Source: Octopus sinensis (Eukaryota). Taken from it: DNA of 64,000 nucleotides. The notes beneath the pieces are model-generated. The model did not search any database, was not told the DNA's origin, and saw nothing but the letters and a program-made list of their open reading frames with translations. A program made the translations under genes and the position numbers. The first letter of the stretch is position 1, and every line of letters begins with the position of its first letter. Location: positions 64,914,001 through 64,978,000 of the forward strand of contig NC_042997.1 in NCBI RefSeq assembly GCF_006345805.1. The letters are read 5' to 3'. Shown one piece after another: positions 13,801 through 26,830 of the stretch.

Positions 13801-13945
13801 ATCTACGGAGAGTAATCCACTGAGAATTATTTAGAAAGCTAGGATTTGACCTTACTGATAAATGGTATGAACATGAACCTAGTAAACTACTAAAAAGTAA
13901 GAAATACAAGATGGTGTTGGACTTTAACGTTCAGACCGACAGACT
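10890..13945 (+). mobile_element. Degenerate, near full-length R4/Dong-clade non-LTR retrotransposon (RT pseudogene)
   Basis: N-terminal RRRKWTSEENRVVMQCY...SGYKKRM, then PNWKA...QGYWLK, GIFQGDTLSPL, YKYLGVL, a degenerate CCHC knuckle with RHD (13700-13810), and the RLE start LDFNVQTD. Many stops and frameshifts. Confidence 0.88.
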
Positions 13946-14019
13946 GACAACTTGTCATAGGATGCCCTGTGCTGACACCAAACGAATACAGACATCGTCT
14001 CGTTAGGGTAGGACAGTAT

Positions 14020-14465
14020 TTACATTGGAAAATAAGTATACACTACAAAACAGCATTCCGGCTTACTGGTATCAACATCATCCTGAGCCAGTCGTTGAAT
14101 GTGAAAATTCCGCTGTCCTCTGGGATTTTCCAGAACGATCCAGGCTAATCGACCAGACATAATTATTAAAGACAGGGAAGAAAACACTTGCATGCTAATA
14201 GATGTATGTATTCCTACTGATAAATATTTGTGAAATGGAATTTGACAAATTATGTAAATATAAAGACCTGGAAATTGAAATACAAAACGATGTGGCATCT
14301 TAAAGCGAGAACTGTCGCTGTTATTGTAGATGCCCTAGGTATGATAAAAAAGGGGATGCCGGAAATATCTAGATAAGATCCCAGGAGAACAATGTCTCAG
14401 AGAAATCCAAAAGATTGTGCTGACAATTACTGCCCACATCCTTATAGAAACTTTTCCCTTTAAAT
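14020..14465 (+). mobile_element. Second, 5'-truncated RLE retrotransposon 3' end
   Basis: LWDF...IQANRPDIIIKDREENTCMLIDVCIP...YKDLEIE...VIVDALG...EIQKIVLTITAHIL is a PD-(D/E)xK RLE domain. It repeats the region already present at 13800-13945. Confidence 0.8.
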
Positions 14466-14519
14466 GTCCGTGTTGTATTACATGAAGATATTTCGTTACA
14501 GCCCCCTCCACTTCTACTC

Positions 14520-14715
14520 TGAGTACAAGGCGTGGAATTTTGGTGGAGGGTGATTTTCGATTACATCCAAGTCCGTAACTGATACTGATTTCATCGAAAC
14601 CGAAATGACGAAAGGCAAAGTTGACCTCGGCGGAACTTGAAATTAGAACGAAAGAACGGACGAGTTGTCCTGAGCATTTTGCGCGGCGTCGAACGTTTCT
14701 GTCAGCTCGCCGCCT
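14520..14715 (-). mobile_element. SINE (minus strand)
   Basis: GAAAGGCAAAGTTGACCTCGGCGGAACTTGAAATTAGAACG...TCAGCTCGCC is the reverse complement of the common SINE head and body. Confidence 0.7.
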
Positions 14716-15200
<485 letters not shown>

Positions 15201-17188
15201 ATGGTTTCCATAATTTCTGTTTGCCAATGATTTCTTAATTGATCGAAACTTTGTACTTCATAATTTATTTCAGTATCGTAGTTTTCATGGCTTAAGTTGT
15301 AGTGTGTTTCCACGTCTTTTCTCATAGAGTTTCGCCATCAACGAGTAAATACACTGCCTGCGTTTGATTGGAAAAATATTGTATGTTTTCCTACTGAAAA
15401 AAATGTCCGTGTGTGTGAAATGATAAAGACGAGCACATTTACTTGACTGAAGTATTCATATAGTATTTATCATATTGACTCTGATAAAATGAAATCCTAT
15501 ATAGGGTCTGGCAGTGTTTGTCGAGCAATAACATTTAAACACAAACACTCAATTGTTCTTATCTATTCCCTATCATGAAAGAGGTATATCATGAAAAGGA
15601 AACGTTTTATATTTTGACAGTCCAATAATTCATAAGACCCATGTATCAAATTGTTCGAGATAATAATGTTTCTTGTGCATTATTCTTTGGAGACAATTGA
15701 CGACTGCATTGTAAAAGTTATTTAGATTTAGCATAAAATACCGACTCAACCATCCGTATATAACAGCCATTAGCCTTCATATATTTACAAGAAAGAAAGG
15801 TCACATTCTACAAATACATATAGGAGTCTTTTTCACTGGTATGTTTTGTCCATATTCATTTTATAAGAGTCAACCGAGCTAAACAAGAACTTAAGCAGCT
15901 CCCACCTCTCTCTCACTCTCTCTCCCCCTCTCTCTCTGTCTCTCTCTCTCTCAAACGCCAATAAATATTGCATGCAGCAAGCACAAGAATTCACATTCCT
16001 ATGTGGCATATACGGAGACAAATATATATTTTCCTTATGGTGACTTGCAGTTTCACTTCTAATGATTTTCCAAATGATATTTCAATTAATATATTTATAA
16101 TTCACGAAATATTATACTAAGTATTAGAATACCATCTTAAAATACTACAAGAACTAAAATGCCGTTGGGGATTCATATATATATAAATATATGGGGGGGG
16201 GGTATGTGTATGTATGTATCTCTGTGTGTGTGTCTGTGTGTGTATAGATAGATAAATATTATAGATGTATATCTGCGCTCACACACACATATATTGTTAG
16301 TTACTTTATTTGTTAGTGAACATTAATAGGTACACTGACTTAGCTATCCAAAATAAGCAAGTATATTCAATATATTCACGTACACGTAATTTACATTCGT
16401 ATGACAAGAATACATAAATATAATCATTTTATGCACCTTCACTGAATATAGGTTCATATAGTAAATATTTGCATGTTAGAGTTACCATAAGTTAAATGCA
16501 AAACTAATATATAAAGAGTATCAGAGTTATTAGACTACAAATACTTCATTAGCTTGCAAAATTTCTCTATTTGATTGATACGTGTTCTTTTCACTCAAGA
16601 AACATTTCAGTTAAGATTAAAAATCCGATAAGGCATGTAATTTTAAACATATATCAAATTGTTTGCAGTGATTGCAACAGTTTGCGTTCAGCTTTGTTTT
16701 ACTTTAACTATACAAAACAATCTGTGGTGTAACAGATTTTCTTCGTCAAACAAAACTCACTTAAAAGCAAATGGACCACCATTCAGCAAAAGGTTTGCTT
16801 CCTGCGATTTTTTCTACTCTAAACACAAGTGCAAAATAATTCACTCATAAAAAAAATGTTAGAAGCATAATGTTTAAAGAGTTGCAGTAGAGACACGGTC
16901 ACGAACTAAAATCAATAATCTGTTTTAGGTAATTTATTTAAATGGAAATATTAACTCATAAGTATTCAGATTACAAGTAAGAGTGCATAGTATGAATATT
17001 CACACATTACAAAACTGAAATACTACTTTAGAATTAAGTTGGCTAAAGCTGACAAAGATTTAATCATTCAATTAGAAGCATTTTATAGTTGACTCATCAC
17101 TGACGCTCAAAGCATGTCAACAAAATATAGTTTTAAGCAAGTATTCATTGCTAATATTCAAAAGCATATATATATATATATATATATA

Positions 17189-17660
17189 GTGACGTATATT
17201 TGCCATTTGAATATGGCTAACCCCTAAGGGTGGATGCTACTGTAGTTTGTAGCCCCAGGAATATATCTCCTCCAGCTGGCTATAGACACACTATCTGTGC
17301 CCTATCAGTATTTGTGAAGGGAAGTCATCCTTCCCGTCTTCAACTTATGATACACACGGACTCGAGTTTCAAGGTGTTTACCTATCATCAGCGTGTGACA
17401 ATCATAGTTGTCGACGAGAATTCAGTTTCCCTCACAAATACATATACTTTTTCCAGTGTCGATTGACACTGATATTGAAAAAGGGAAATCAAACAATGAT
17501 AAATCTCAGAGCGAGTTATAAACAGTAGCGGTAACACATCGTGACGCATATTTGTCATTTGATTATGGCTAACCCCTAAGGGTGGATGCTACTGTAGTTT
17601 GTAGCCCCAGGAAGATATCTCCTCCAGCTGGCTATCAGTATTTGTGAAGGGAAGTCACCC
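17189..17660 (+). repeat. Direct repeat (17189-17330 vs 17541-17660), probable 5' region of a retroelement
   Basis: GTGACG..TATTTG.CATTTGA.TATGGCTAACCCCTAAGGGTGGATGCTACTGTAGTTTGTAGCCCCAGG occurs twice. The second copy has a small deletion and joins directly to the RTE 3' end. Confidence 0.75.
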
Positions 17661-18150
17661 TTTAGGTTGATGGAATAGATAGCTTCCTTGTGCAATCACA
17701 ATTGCGCTGGGCTGCCCATGTCGTGAGAATGTGTTACGAAAGAATACCAAAATCCCCATGTAAAGCCAGCTTGACAGTGGGCATGGGAATGTTGGTCGGC
17801 CATGACTCAGATAAAAGGACAAGCTGAAGTGTAACCTCTTAGATAGTTCACAACACCTTTGAGGGATCAGCCTTGGAGAGAACAACATGGAGGTCGTTGT
17901 GTCAAAATGGTATTAGAAACTTTGTTGCAGACAGCACTAATAGGCTTCGGGGTGCAATGAAAAGGAAAGAAACGGCTGCGAATATACCACATGCACTGAC
18001 CTGTAATCATCAAACTTGAAACATCGGTGAGCTCCTTTGCAAATCGTTGGTGATACTTAAATGTCACATTCGACAGAAGCATTATGCCTGACAGAGAAAG
18101 AATACGTGTCGGAACATTATGGGTCTAAACCGACAGATGAGTCCATTAAA
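17660..18150 (+). mobile_element. RTE-clade LINE 3' fragment
   Basis: QLRWAAHVVRMCYERIPK matches the RTE motif QLRWAGHV.RM...RIPK. Followed by KDKLKCNL and a degenerate terminal C/H finger. Confidence 0.75.
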
Positions 18151-18294
18151 ACATACAGTATTTTAAAGTGTATAAACCATGTGTATCAAAAATTAAGATA
18201 AAAAATATAGGAGTTTATATATATATATATATAAAGTTCTATGAAGGCTAATCAAGTTGTTAATAAACAATAAAGTCGAACTCGGCGGAATTTG

Positions 18295-18296
18295 AA

Positions 18297-18340
<44 letters not shown>

Positions 18341-18371
18341 CAATAATAATAATAATAATATAATAATAATA

Positions 18372-18417
<46 letters not shown>

Positions 18418-18644
18418 TAATAATAATAATAATAATAATAATATAATAATAATAATAATAATATAATAATAATAATAATAATAATATATAATAATAATAT
18501 ATGTAAATATCTATACTTCCAATTACCAATACAAAACTGATAACCTGGTTTAGAACTCAATATATACATGTGTTTTAGATCAAAATGCTGATGAGATCGG
18601 AAATAACAAAAGGTAAAGTTTTTCTTTCGTCATCTTTGTTTTGC

Positions 18645-18698
<54 letters not shown>

Positions 18699-18723
18699 AT
18701 ATAATATATATATATATATATAG

Positions 18724-18766
<43 letters not shown>

Positions 18767-18798
18767 GTGTATATATATGTATATATATATATATATAT

Positions 18799-18845
<47 letters not shown>

Positions 18846-19020
18846 ACCTATATATATATATATATATGTATATATATGTGTGTATGTATATATGTGTATG
18901 TATATATGTATAATTATATATATATCTATATACCTATATATATATATATATATATATATAGTTGTGTGTGTATATGTATATGTATATGTGTGTGTATGTG
19001 TGTGTGTATGTGTGTGTGTA
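18295..19020. repeat. (TTA)n/(AAT)n and (TA)n microsatellite block
   Basis: Read directly from the sequence. Confidence 0.9.
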
Positions 19021-19737
19021 TAAGTGATCAATGAATCTATCTAAAACAATCCTTTTTATTTGTTTATGTTTTAGAACAGCTATTTCTCCTGAAATATTCT
19101 TTTATCAGTTTGTACGTAATGTATAGGATTACAATATCATAAATACATCTGTATAGTCTTCAATAGTAATCTATATATGTATCTAGCATGTATATTTGTG
19201 TGTGTCTGTGTGTGTATTTTGGGTTGTCAGTGGGAATGTGGGTGTGTAGGTGTGTGTCCCTGTGTGTGTGAGTGTATGTGTGGTAATATAAATATATGAG
19301 TATGCGTATGTATGTATGTATGTATTTATGTATGTATGTATGTATGTATGCATATATATCTTTAACAATAAATCTCTCCCGGGGAATAGTCCTTTCGATT
19401 TTCAATCCCGATGTGCTGAAGCTCTCGCAGTATTTTCTTTATTTTGTTGGTAATTACATTACATCTTCATTTTGCATACTGATCAATAGTCTATAGCATA
19501 ATTTTGAAACAATTGAAGATATTTGGATGTTTCTATAATACAAGTAACATTATGTGTAATCAATAAGCTTCAAACATGCTATTGATGAACAAGGAGCATT
19601 ATATTATGTACAATTCTACAAATGTGTTTCCACTAGATAGGATATGAATAACTTTCCAGTTAGTGTATTATGATATAAACAAAGCTTTATATGTAATAGT
19701 TTACAGTATTTTGACTTATATAGTATATTAATGTAAA

Positions 19738-19980
19738 CTAGTTGCACCCGTGAAAACTTTACGGAAAATATAAAAATGTAAGTATCTGTAAATAGTTTAC
19801 TGGTCCCATGAGAAATGTCTCTATATTGTAATACTAACGGAATATAGAAAGAATTGTAAAACCGATAACTCTATAATCCAAGCAAAATATCTCAGTTACG
19901 CAAGCGTAAACAGAATTAGTATTTAGCCTTAAAATACATCGTTTATATTCTAAGAGACTTCTTAGTTTTGTGATACGGAA
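19738..19980 (-). mobile_element. Helitron 3' end fragment
   Basis: Minus strand ends CCGTAAAGTTTTCACGG (hairpin)-GTGCAA-CTAG|T. The 5' extent is uncertain. Confidence 0.55.
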
Positions 19981-19994
19981 CATTCTTTCTGTAT

Positions 19995-20210
19995 TCTTTT
20001 AGTCTTTTACTTCCTTTAGTCATTTGACGGTGACCATGCTGGATCACTGACCTTTAGTCGAAGAAATCATCTACTAAAGTTTTTTCCTTGTAAGCCTGTT
20101 GCTTATTCTATCAGTCTCTTCTGTCGAACCGCTATGTTATGGCGACGTAAACTCACCAACATCGGTTGTCAAGCGGTGGAGGTGAGGGGACAAACGCAGA
20201 CACACACATA
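19995..20210. mobile_element. SINE-like repeat
   Basis: AGTCATTTGACGGTGACCATGCTGGATCACTG...TATTCTATCAGTCTC...GAACCGCTATGTTATGGCGACGTAAAC resembles an abundant octopus SINE (from recall, not searched). Confidence 0.55.
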
Positions 20211-20227
20211 TGCCTATGCACATAATC

Positions 20228-20612
20228 CAGCCTGCAGTGGGAAAAAGGGAAAAACTGGACTCTTCAGTGAATATTCCTTGCTTCCATTCGTCTGTCGACG
20301 AACCGTCATGGTCTCTTACATCAGTTCAGCCTTTTCTGAATGTTTTGATAAGAAAGCAGAGGTTACCTGATAGCGGCTCTTCCACGATATCCGGCTTTAT
20401 TGAGCTAACGGTGCACAGTTTTCGTCGAAACTGGAGTAGTCAGGTGTTGATTCAACTCCGCAGACACTATAGAGGCAATTAAATTAGATAATCAAAACTA
20501 TCTGCAATAAAAATAAACACTCACAATGAAATTTGGATGGATATACGTAATACAATGGCCCATTGAAATATTGAAATTAAATTTCTACTATTCCAATTAT
20601 TTTGTGCAACCC

Positions 20613-20615
<3 letters not shown>
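20228..20615 (-). mobile_element. Tc1-like transposon relic with one TIR
   Basis: TIR TA|CAGGGGTTGCACAAAATAATTGGAA at 20615. Minus-strand translation SAELNQHLTTPVSTKTVHR.LNKAGYRGRAAIR.PLL...EWKQGIFTEESSF matches the Tc1 HTH and WSDESKF region. Confidence 0.8.
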
Positions 20616-20669
<54 letters not shown>

Positions 20670-20688
20670 ATATATATATATCTGTGTA

Positions 20689-20726
20689 TCTTTCTGTTGA
20701 AGAGCGTAGGCTCGAAACGTTAAAGA
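20689..20726 (+). ncRNA. Degenerate minimal hammerhead-like motif in a short (TA)n-flanked repeat
   Basis: TCTTT-CTGTTGA-A-GAGC-GTAG-GCTC-GAAAC-GTT-AAAGA. Stems I and II pair, but the core has A6->U. Confidence 0.45.
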
Positions 20727-20823
20727 CTTGTTTTATTTATATTTCCTGAGCGCCATACTAATACAATTGTTCGTTTGTTTTCCACCTGCCTTCGTCTGTT
20801 GTCTATTTTCATAAAGCTTCCCG

Positions 20824-20863
<40 letters not shown>

Positions 20864-21774
20864 TTATTTATTTATATACATATATATTATATATATATAT
20901 ATAGCATATGAGGGGTTTAGTTCACTGGTGATCTAAACGAATAGGTACGCTGGCTAAGTTCAAGCTGACGCTGGAGCTAGAGGGCCGTATTAGGCTTCCG
21001 TGTTAGCAGATATATTTTAGAGCAAAGGGACAACAAGATCTAAGGCAGGATGAATATTTGAAAGTGATTTATAATAATTTAATTAGGGTAAGGTGAATTA
21101 GACTTCAGATTCATCTTACCATAATTAAATTATTATAAATAACTTGAGATACCCGTTGTCATAGACATAACAATGGTTGTCTGGGTGATTTACACAGCCT
21201 CTCCTATTCAATAATCTAACACAATGAACAGTAATCACGCAGCGTGAGAGATACACACACTACACGTGACGGCGGCGCAAACGACACTGAGTGTTATCAA
21301 GAACAATCTGACGTATTTGGCATTACGCACAGTACATCAGCTCCATCTATTACTAAACTAAATAATGAACTTTCTCATCGTTTGTTTTATTGCTGTTATT
21401 TCTTTAATTTTGAATTAAGACCGCTTTCATTTTAGCAAATTTTATAATACGTTCTATATCTAGCTGAAAGTATAGTTATTATCTTGTGCATGCGCATAAC
21501 TAAAAATCGTGACGTGCTAGAACAATTGAGTGCGGATTCGGAATCAGCATCCTCGATTTAGTCTAATGCATATGTTTTTATCCCAGTAGAAAAATTGTTG
21601 TTGTCCAGTGTTAATTTTCTCAATTCGGATAACCTGTTGAGATAAGAGTTCCTTTATTTCTGTTTTCTCCTGTGAAGATTACTTATGTATGCTAGGATGT
21701 TAGATACACAGATGTTATTATTTGTCACACATACACACACACACATACATATGTGTGTGTGTGTATGTATGTAG

Positions 21775-23400
21775 AAGCAAGAAAAGTTACACACGACTTG
21801 ATATCTTGAAGGAAAAAAGACAAGATAGAAAATGGTAAAATAATTTTATCATGAAGTACATTTTAGTATAGGTTTCCGTTGTTTAGACGTTTTCAACTAA
21901 GAGTAAAATTAAAAAAAAAAACAATTAAATTGGAGAAAATATATTAAGAGAAATGTTTTGTAAATATTTTCATAGTCTTCAAATAGGTAAATATTTCCGT
22001 AGCCTTCAGATAGTCTGTGTGTGTGTCTCTCTTCCTTTCTGAATGCTTAGTATGTAGGTAGTAGTAAATTTGAAGGAAGAGTTTATGAGTACAGGGCATT
22101 GATGGTTTAAGCAGGAGCAGCCGAGGGAAGAGACGAAGAAGAAGAAGAAGAAGAAGAAGAAGAAGAAGAAGAAGAAGAGAAGAAGAAGAAGAAGAAGAAG
22201 AAGAAGAAGAAGAAGAAGAAGAAGAAGAAGAAGAAGAAGAAGAAGAAGAAGAAGAAGAAGAAGAAGAAGAAGAAGAAGAAGAAGAAGAAGAAGAAGAAGA
22301 AGAAGAAGAAGAAGAAGATGGAAGCGGAGAAGGATATGAAGGAGGAAAAGAAGTAGACGTAGGGAAAGAAGAGAAAGGAGAAACAAAAGAAAAGAAAAAT
22401 CCAGGAGTTCTGTGACTCAGTAGATTGTTCTGTAATGGTCAAATTGTATAAAAGTGACCTGTTGTGGTCGTAGCATTAGTGATTGGAATTGTTCTAAATT
22501 CTTGTAGTCGTTTCATATGTCGTGGTGGCATTCAAAATAAGTTTATATTCTGCGATAAAATATGCTTCTTTGCTAATGCGCTGATTATAGGTTGCCTTAT
22601 CATCGAATTTATAGAGTGGGAAAATTCTGAAGTTGGGCTGTTCGTTAGAGATGCAAATGTCTTTGCTTAATTTTATGTTTCTGTATTATCCTATTGTAAT
22701 CTGGGACCTATATAACGTCATCCTCTGGCGTTGACTGTTTTCAGTTTGACCAATATATTGTTCTCGACACCCTGCGCAAGTTAATACATATATTAGGTTT
22801 TCGGAAGCACATGTGAAGTTGCTTTTCACTGTAAAACGTGGACAATATTTGAAGGAAAAATCCGATTCCTCAATTAGGTTGACACATACACTACAGTTAG
22901 GTATTCTGTATTTTTTACTGTCGGCTTCGATGTTGTTGACGAGTGCACTTGGGCCTCTGTTAAAAAGCTTTTCATCGAATTGGGCTGTCGTTTGCTTTTT
23001 ATGATGGTGTGCATTTGGAGGATTTGATATATTCTATGGTCCCTTTTTACTAAAGGAATGGAGGACGGTGTCGCAGGGTGTTGTGCGTGGATATGTATAG
23101 TAAGGCTTTGGGCTGTAAATCCTTCTTTAGTTTGACGTGTCTGAGTTCGTGGGTTGATTTGTAGGACACATTGAAAGCCTATATCAATTAGTGATTGTGG
23201 GTAGATCCTGTGGATGAGTGTATCATTTAGCTTACATAGTCGTGTGTCCCTGGTTCTTGTACCTCATACTAAAGTACAAATCCCTTTTTTCCAGGTTCTA
23301 ACTCTTAGTTGATAAAGACTAAGCGACGGAAGCCGGTACTAAAATGTACTTCATGATAAAATTATTTTAGTATTTTCTCCCTAGTCTTTTTCCTTATATA
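21775..23400 (-). mobile_element. 5'-truncated Penelope-like retroelement with inverted terminal arms
   Basis: 21815-21900 and 23300-23395 are inverted copies (TACTAAAATGTACTTCATGATAAAATTATTTT). Internal GIY-YIG relic on the minus strand. Interrupted by (GAA)n at 22135-22320. Confidence 0.8.
22520..22870 (-). pseudogene. GIY-YIG endonuclease relic of a Penelope-like element
   Basis: FTVKSNFTCASENLIYVLTCAGCREQYIGQT...RMT...RISKEAYFI...LN carries the GIY-YIG motif with a CxxC insert. Confidence 0.85.
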
Positions 23401-23460
23401 TATAGGTGTGTGTGTGTGTATAAATGTATATATATATATCTTATATAACAAAACAGAGTT

Positions 23461-23491
<31 letters not shown>

Positions 23492-24364
23492 CCGTCTGTG
23501 TGTCTGTGTGTGTGTGTCTGTGTGTGTGTGTCTGTGTTATATAACGAAACAGAGGGTGTGTTTGTGATTCTTCCCGCGAGAATGTTTCTTATGGAATCGA
23601 AAACTGAGTTACAGATTTTGACGTATGAGGTATCAAAAGACTCGTAATCTTTCGGCTACCAAATAAAGTATGTTTTATGGACAACAACTTTATTTTTACT
23701 ACAATATTAAGCTCAAAATTTAGGTCGGGTCGCACAATTTTGAAGTCTTTAGCTATTGTAGGGAACTCTGCCTGAGCAATCTTCAAATATATGGAGTTTT
23801 ACCAGGGAATAAAACTTCGAAGATATACCGTCAGGTTTATTAGTATCATTTAGTAAATAATATTTTAATCGGGAGTGTTTGTCTGTGTTTCGTTTAGCCT
23901 AGAGTTGCCATTGATCTAACAGACCATATATCTAGCATAGATTTTTTTCTTCCTGAAAACTGTAAATCTGTATCTTTCTTTTGATGTAAGGATGTGTTTT
24001 AAGAGAGATCAGGCTGTTATTTGTAGTAGGCCAAATTACCACAGAGAATCTATGTTTGTGCGCGTGTGTGTATGTGTATGTGTGTGTGTGTGTGATTTGT
24101 TGTAGCAAAAACAATACTGGACAACTTTCTTCCAGTTAACCATTCAATACCAAATTACAATTGTTATTTGTTGGAACTCAATTACACTGAGATGTACATA
24201 CTGTCTTATCGTATAGAGTGGAAGTTCAACACGAAGTTTTGAACTAATTATCTTGTAGCTAATAATCCATTACCTTAAATTTGAAGCTATTGAGCAAGCC
24301 GGCAAATCGGCCACTCCGCCACTGTATATATATGTATATATATATATATATATATATGACTCTT

Positions 24365-24690
24365 ATATATGACTCTAATGTAAACGCATATCCTTCTCAG
24401 TGAGAGATATAATGAGGTTGTTGGTCCATGATAGACTGCTTTGATTATCAATGATACTATCATCCCGGAGATTTCTCCAAAGATGTTCATGTATGGTCTT
24501 CCACTGGTATACACTTATTCTTTCATTGGATGATACGTTACGGTAAAGTCGTACGACTTCTTAGATGTATTCACGCCACGTTGCTCAGAGTGCTGTTATC
24601 TACTTCGCGTATGCAAGCTTCGACGCTTGCTGGTTAAAAGATGTTGCCGAAGAAATATATTACCTTTAAAGGCTATCTGTATCGATGATT
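24365..24690 (-). mobile_element. Fragment of an RLE retrotransposon, paralogous to 25890-26230
   Basis: Shares GGTTGTTGGTCCA.GATAGACTG..TTGATTATCAATG and GTATGCAAGCTTCGACGCTTGCTGGTTA with 25930-26190. Confidence 0.7.
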
Positions 24691-25129
24691 CTAGCAATGC
24701 TGGTACCACAAAGTACCCACTGTCACTTTAGTGACTTCTATAAATTTGCAATTAGATTGTTAATTGCTACTAAACCACCCATATTATTTGTAGTTTTCAC
24801 TTTTACCGTTTTGAAATCAGCGGTTGAGTACAACGGATTTCTTATAAGCTGACAAGGTGAGTTGAGTGGAACCCAAGGCTCGGTAAGGGCCACTAAAGAG
24901 AATCAAAATGCTCTGCATGAAAATTCGAAATCATCCTTGTCTGTCATTAAGAAACTGCTTCTGTGGCTATTGAGTTGCTTTCACGCTTATTTCTAGCAAT
25001 GAGTACCGTCTAGTGACGTATATAAATTTGCCTTTAGGTTGTTAAATTGCTAATAAGCCACCTATATTATGTGTTTGTGTGTATCATTATTCAGTTTCAT
25101 TTCAAGATTTCTTACCACAACATCAACTG

Positions 25130-26830
25130 GGTATTTTTCATGTTTGCGTGAACAAGGGCAGTGTGTACGGATTTTAAAGATTTTTTTCTATATTTGCATT
25201 CTCATACATATATTTGCATATCTAGACATGCTTGTTTATACGTTAATGGTAATCATACAGAAAAGGTTTACAAATTTTTAAGATTTCCAGTTATGGTTTG
25301 TACTGTAGACTTTTCAACTTGTCTTTCCTTTCTTGTTTTGACAAAACCGAATTTCTCAGGATTGGTACTTAAACAGTGAATAACATATTCTACAACCCCA
25401 ATAATTACAGGTATAAAACCTGAACTTTTGCTCCGGGTAGAGTCGCTGTACATTTCTCAATAGGTCCGAGTAGGTGTTTTCTTTGTTGCTGATACTTAGC
25501 TTTACGTTAACATCTGCCGCGCAAGTGGGTTCCACTAGTATACACAGTTTTTCTACAGTATCTCAAATCTGTATGTCTGGTCTTTCATGTTTACGTTTTA
25601 TTAAGGTTTTAACATTCCACTAGTACTCCTTCTTATTATGAGTGGTTTTAGCCTCTACCATAATGTGAGATGTTAATATTTTGGCCATAGGATTACTCTT
25701 CCGACGGATTTCATTATAAAATGTCTTAGCTGCAGCATCATGTCTCATCTGTAGATATTACCGCGATGATACTTTTAGACAACTGTTTATGATGTGAAGT
25801 AAATCTTAGGTGCTAACTCCACAAAGTTTGCATTGGTGTTTTTCTGACTCATTTTGCATCAGATATTAGGTTGATATTTCCTCACCCTGAATTGCAAACG
25901 CATACCCGTCAAAGTGAGATTTATAAACAGGTTGTTGGTCCAGGATAGACTGATTTGATTATCAATGTTACTATCATTCCGGAGCTTTCTCCAATGATAT
26001 TTATGTATTGTCTTCCACTGATATATACCCGTTCTTTCATTTGAAGGTATGTTATGAGAAAGTCGTGCGGTTTCTTAGGAGATGTATTCATGGTTATAAG
26101 ACAAGGAATATTGCTCGAGGGACTACCTTCCAAGATTCATGTTAAATACTTCGTGTATGCAAGCTTCGACGCTTGCTGGTTACAGGATGTTGCCGAAGTG
26201 ATAGATCACCTTCAAAGGCTGCTTGTATCGAGGTTAAGGCTCTGCCTCATTCTTTTCTCATAAGTATACATCGCTATTGATGGGGAAATTATTAGTGTTG
26301 TCCAGTACCTTACAGGTCTTCACATTAATGGCTTGTATCTTATCAATTGTCCAATCAAGTAGACCAAATTTTGATATGTGTATTGGTACTGCAAAAACAT
26401 TGTGGGCCACTGTTTTATTGAATTTAAAGAGTTCCGAGATGTGTGTTTTCCTTATCTGACTGTAATATTCTTTAGTGACGCGTGCCTTGATACAAGCACC
26501 ATTGTAATATATGTTTTCATCGACACCTATGTACATGTATCAATCCTCATTAGATATAAGGGAACAGTCAAGTCATTGATGGAGATGCTGCTAGTCTGGT
26601 TTATGGTTCTAAATATTTTCACAAACATATATCAACTTATATCCTAACCAAACTCCGAACTTATATCCTTTGAGAATGTTATAACCAGATCAAGGCTCTT
26701 TTCCCTTCCATGCGTACCCTTGGCATACATTTCAAGTGAAACATAAAGAAGCTGTGTGTAATTTTGGTATTTCTGTTACCTTGTGAACCAGTGAGATACC
26801 CTTCATCTTTCCTCAACACTATTGAAAAGG
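25130..26830 (-). mobile_element. 5'-truncated R4-like RLE non-LTR retrotransposon
   Basis: RT relic ITHSFF and YIGVDENI...EYYSQIRK...SELFKFNKTVAHNVFAVP...FGLLDWT, knuckle CKLCG...HIINSC...MRHDAAAK, and RLE VEPTCAADVN...FIPVIIG. Confidence 0.82.

Noticed and set aside
21240-21610. DNA-transposon-like end (...GGATTCGGAATCAGC...TTGTCCAGTG)
   Set aside because: No matching opposite terminus or TSD was found, so the family cannot be assigned.
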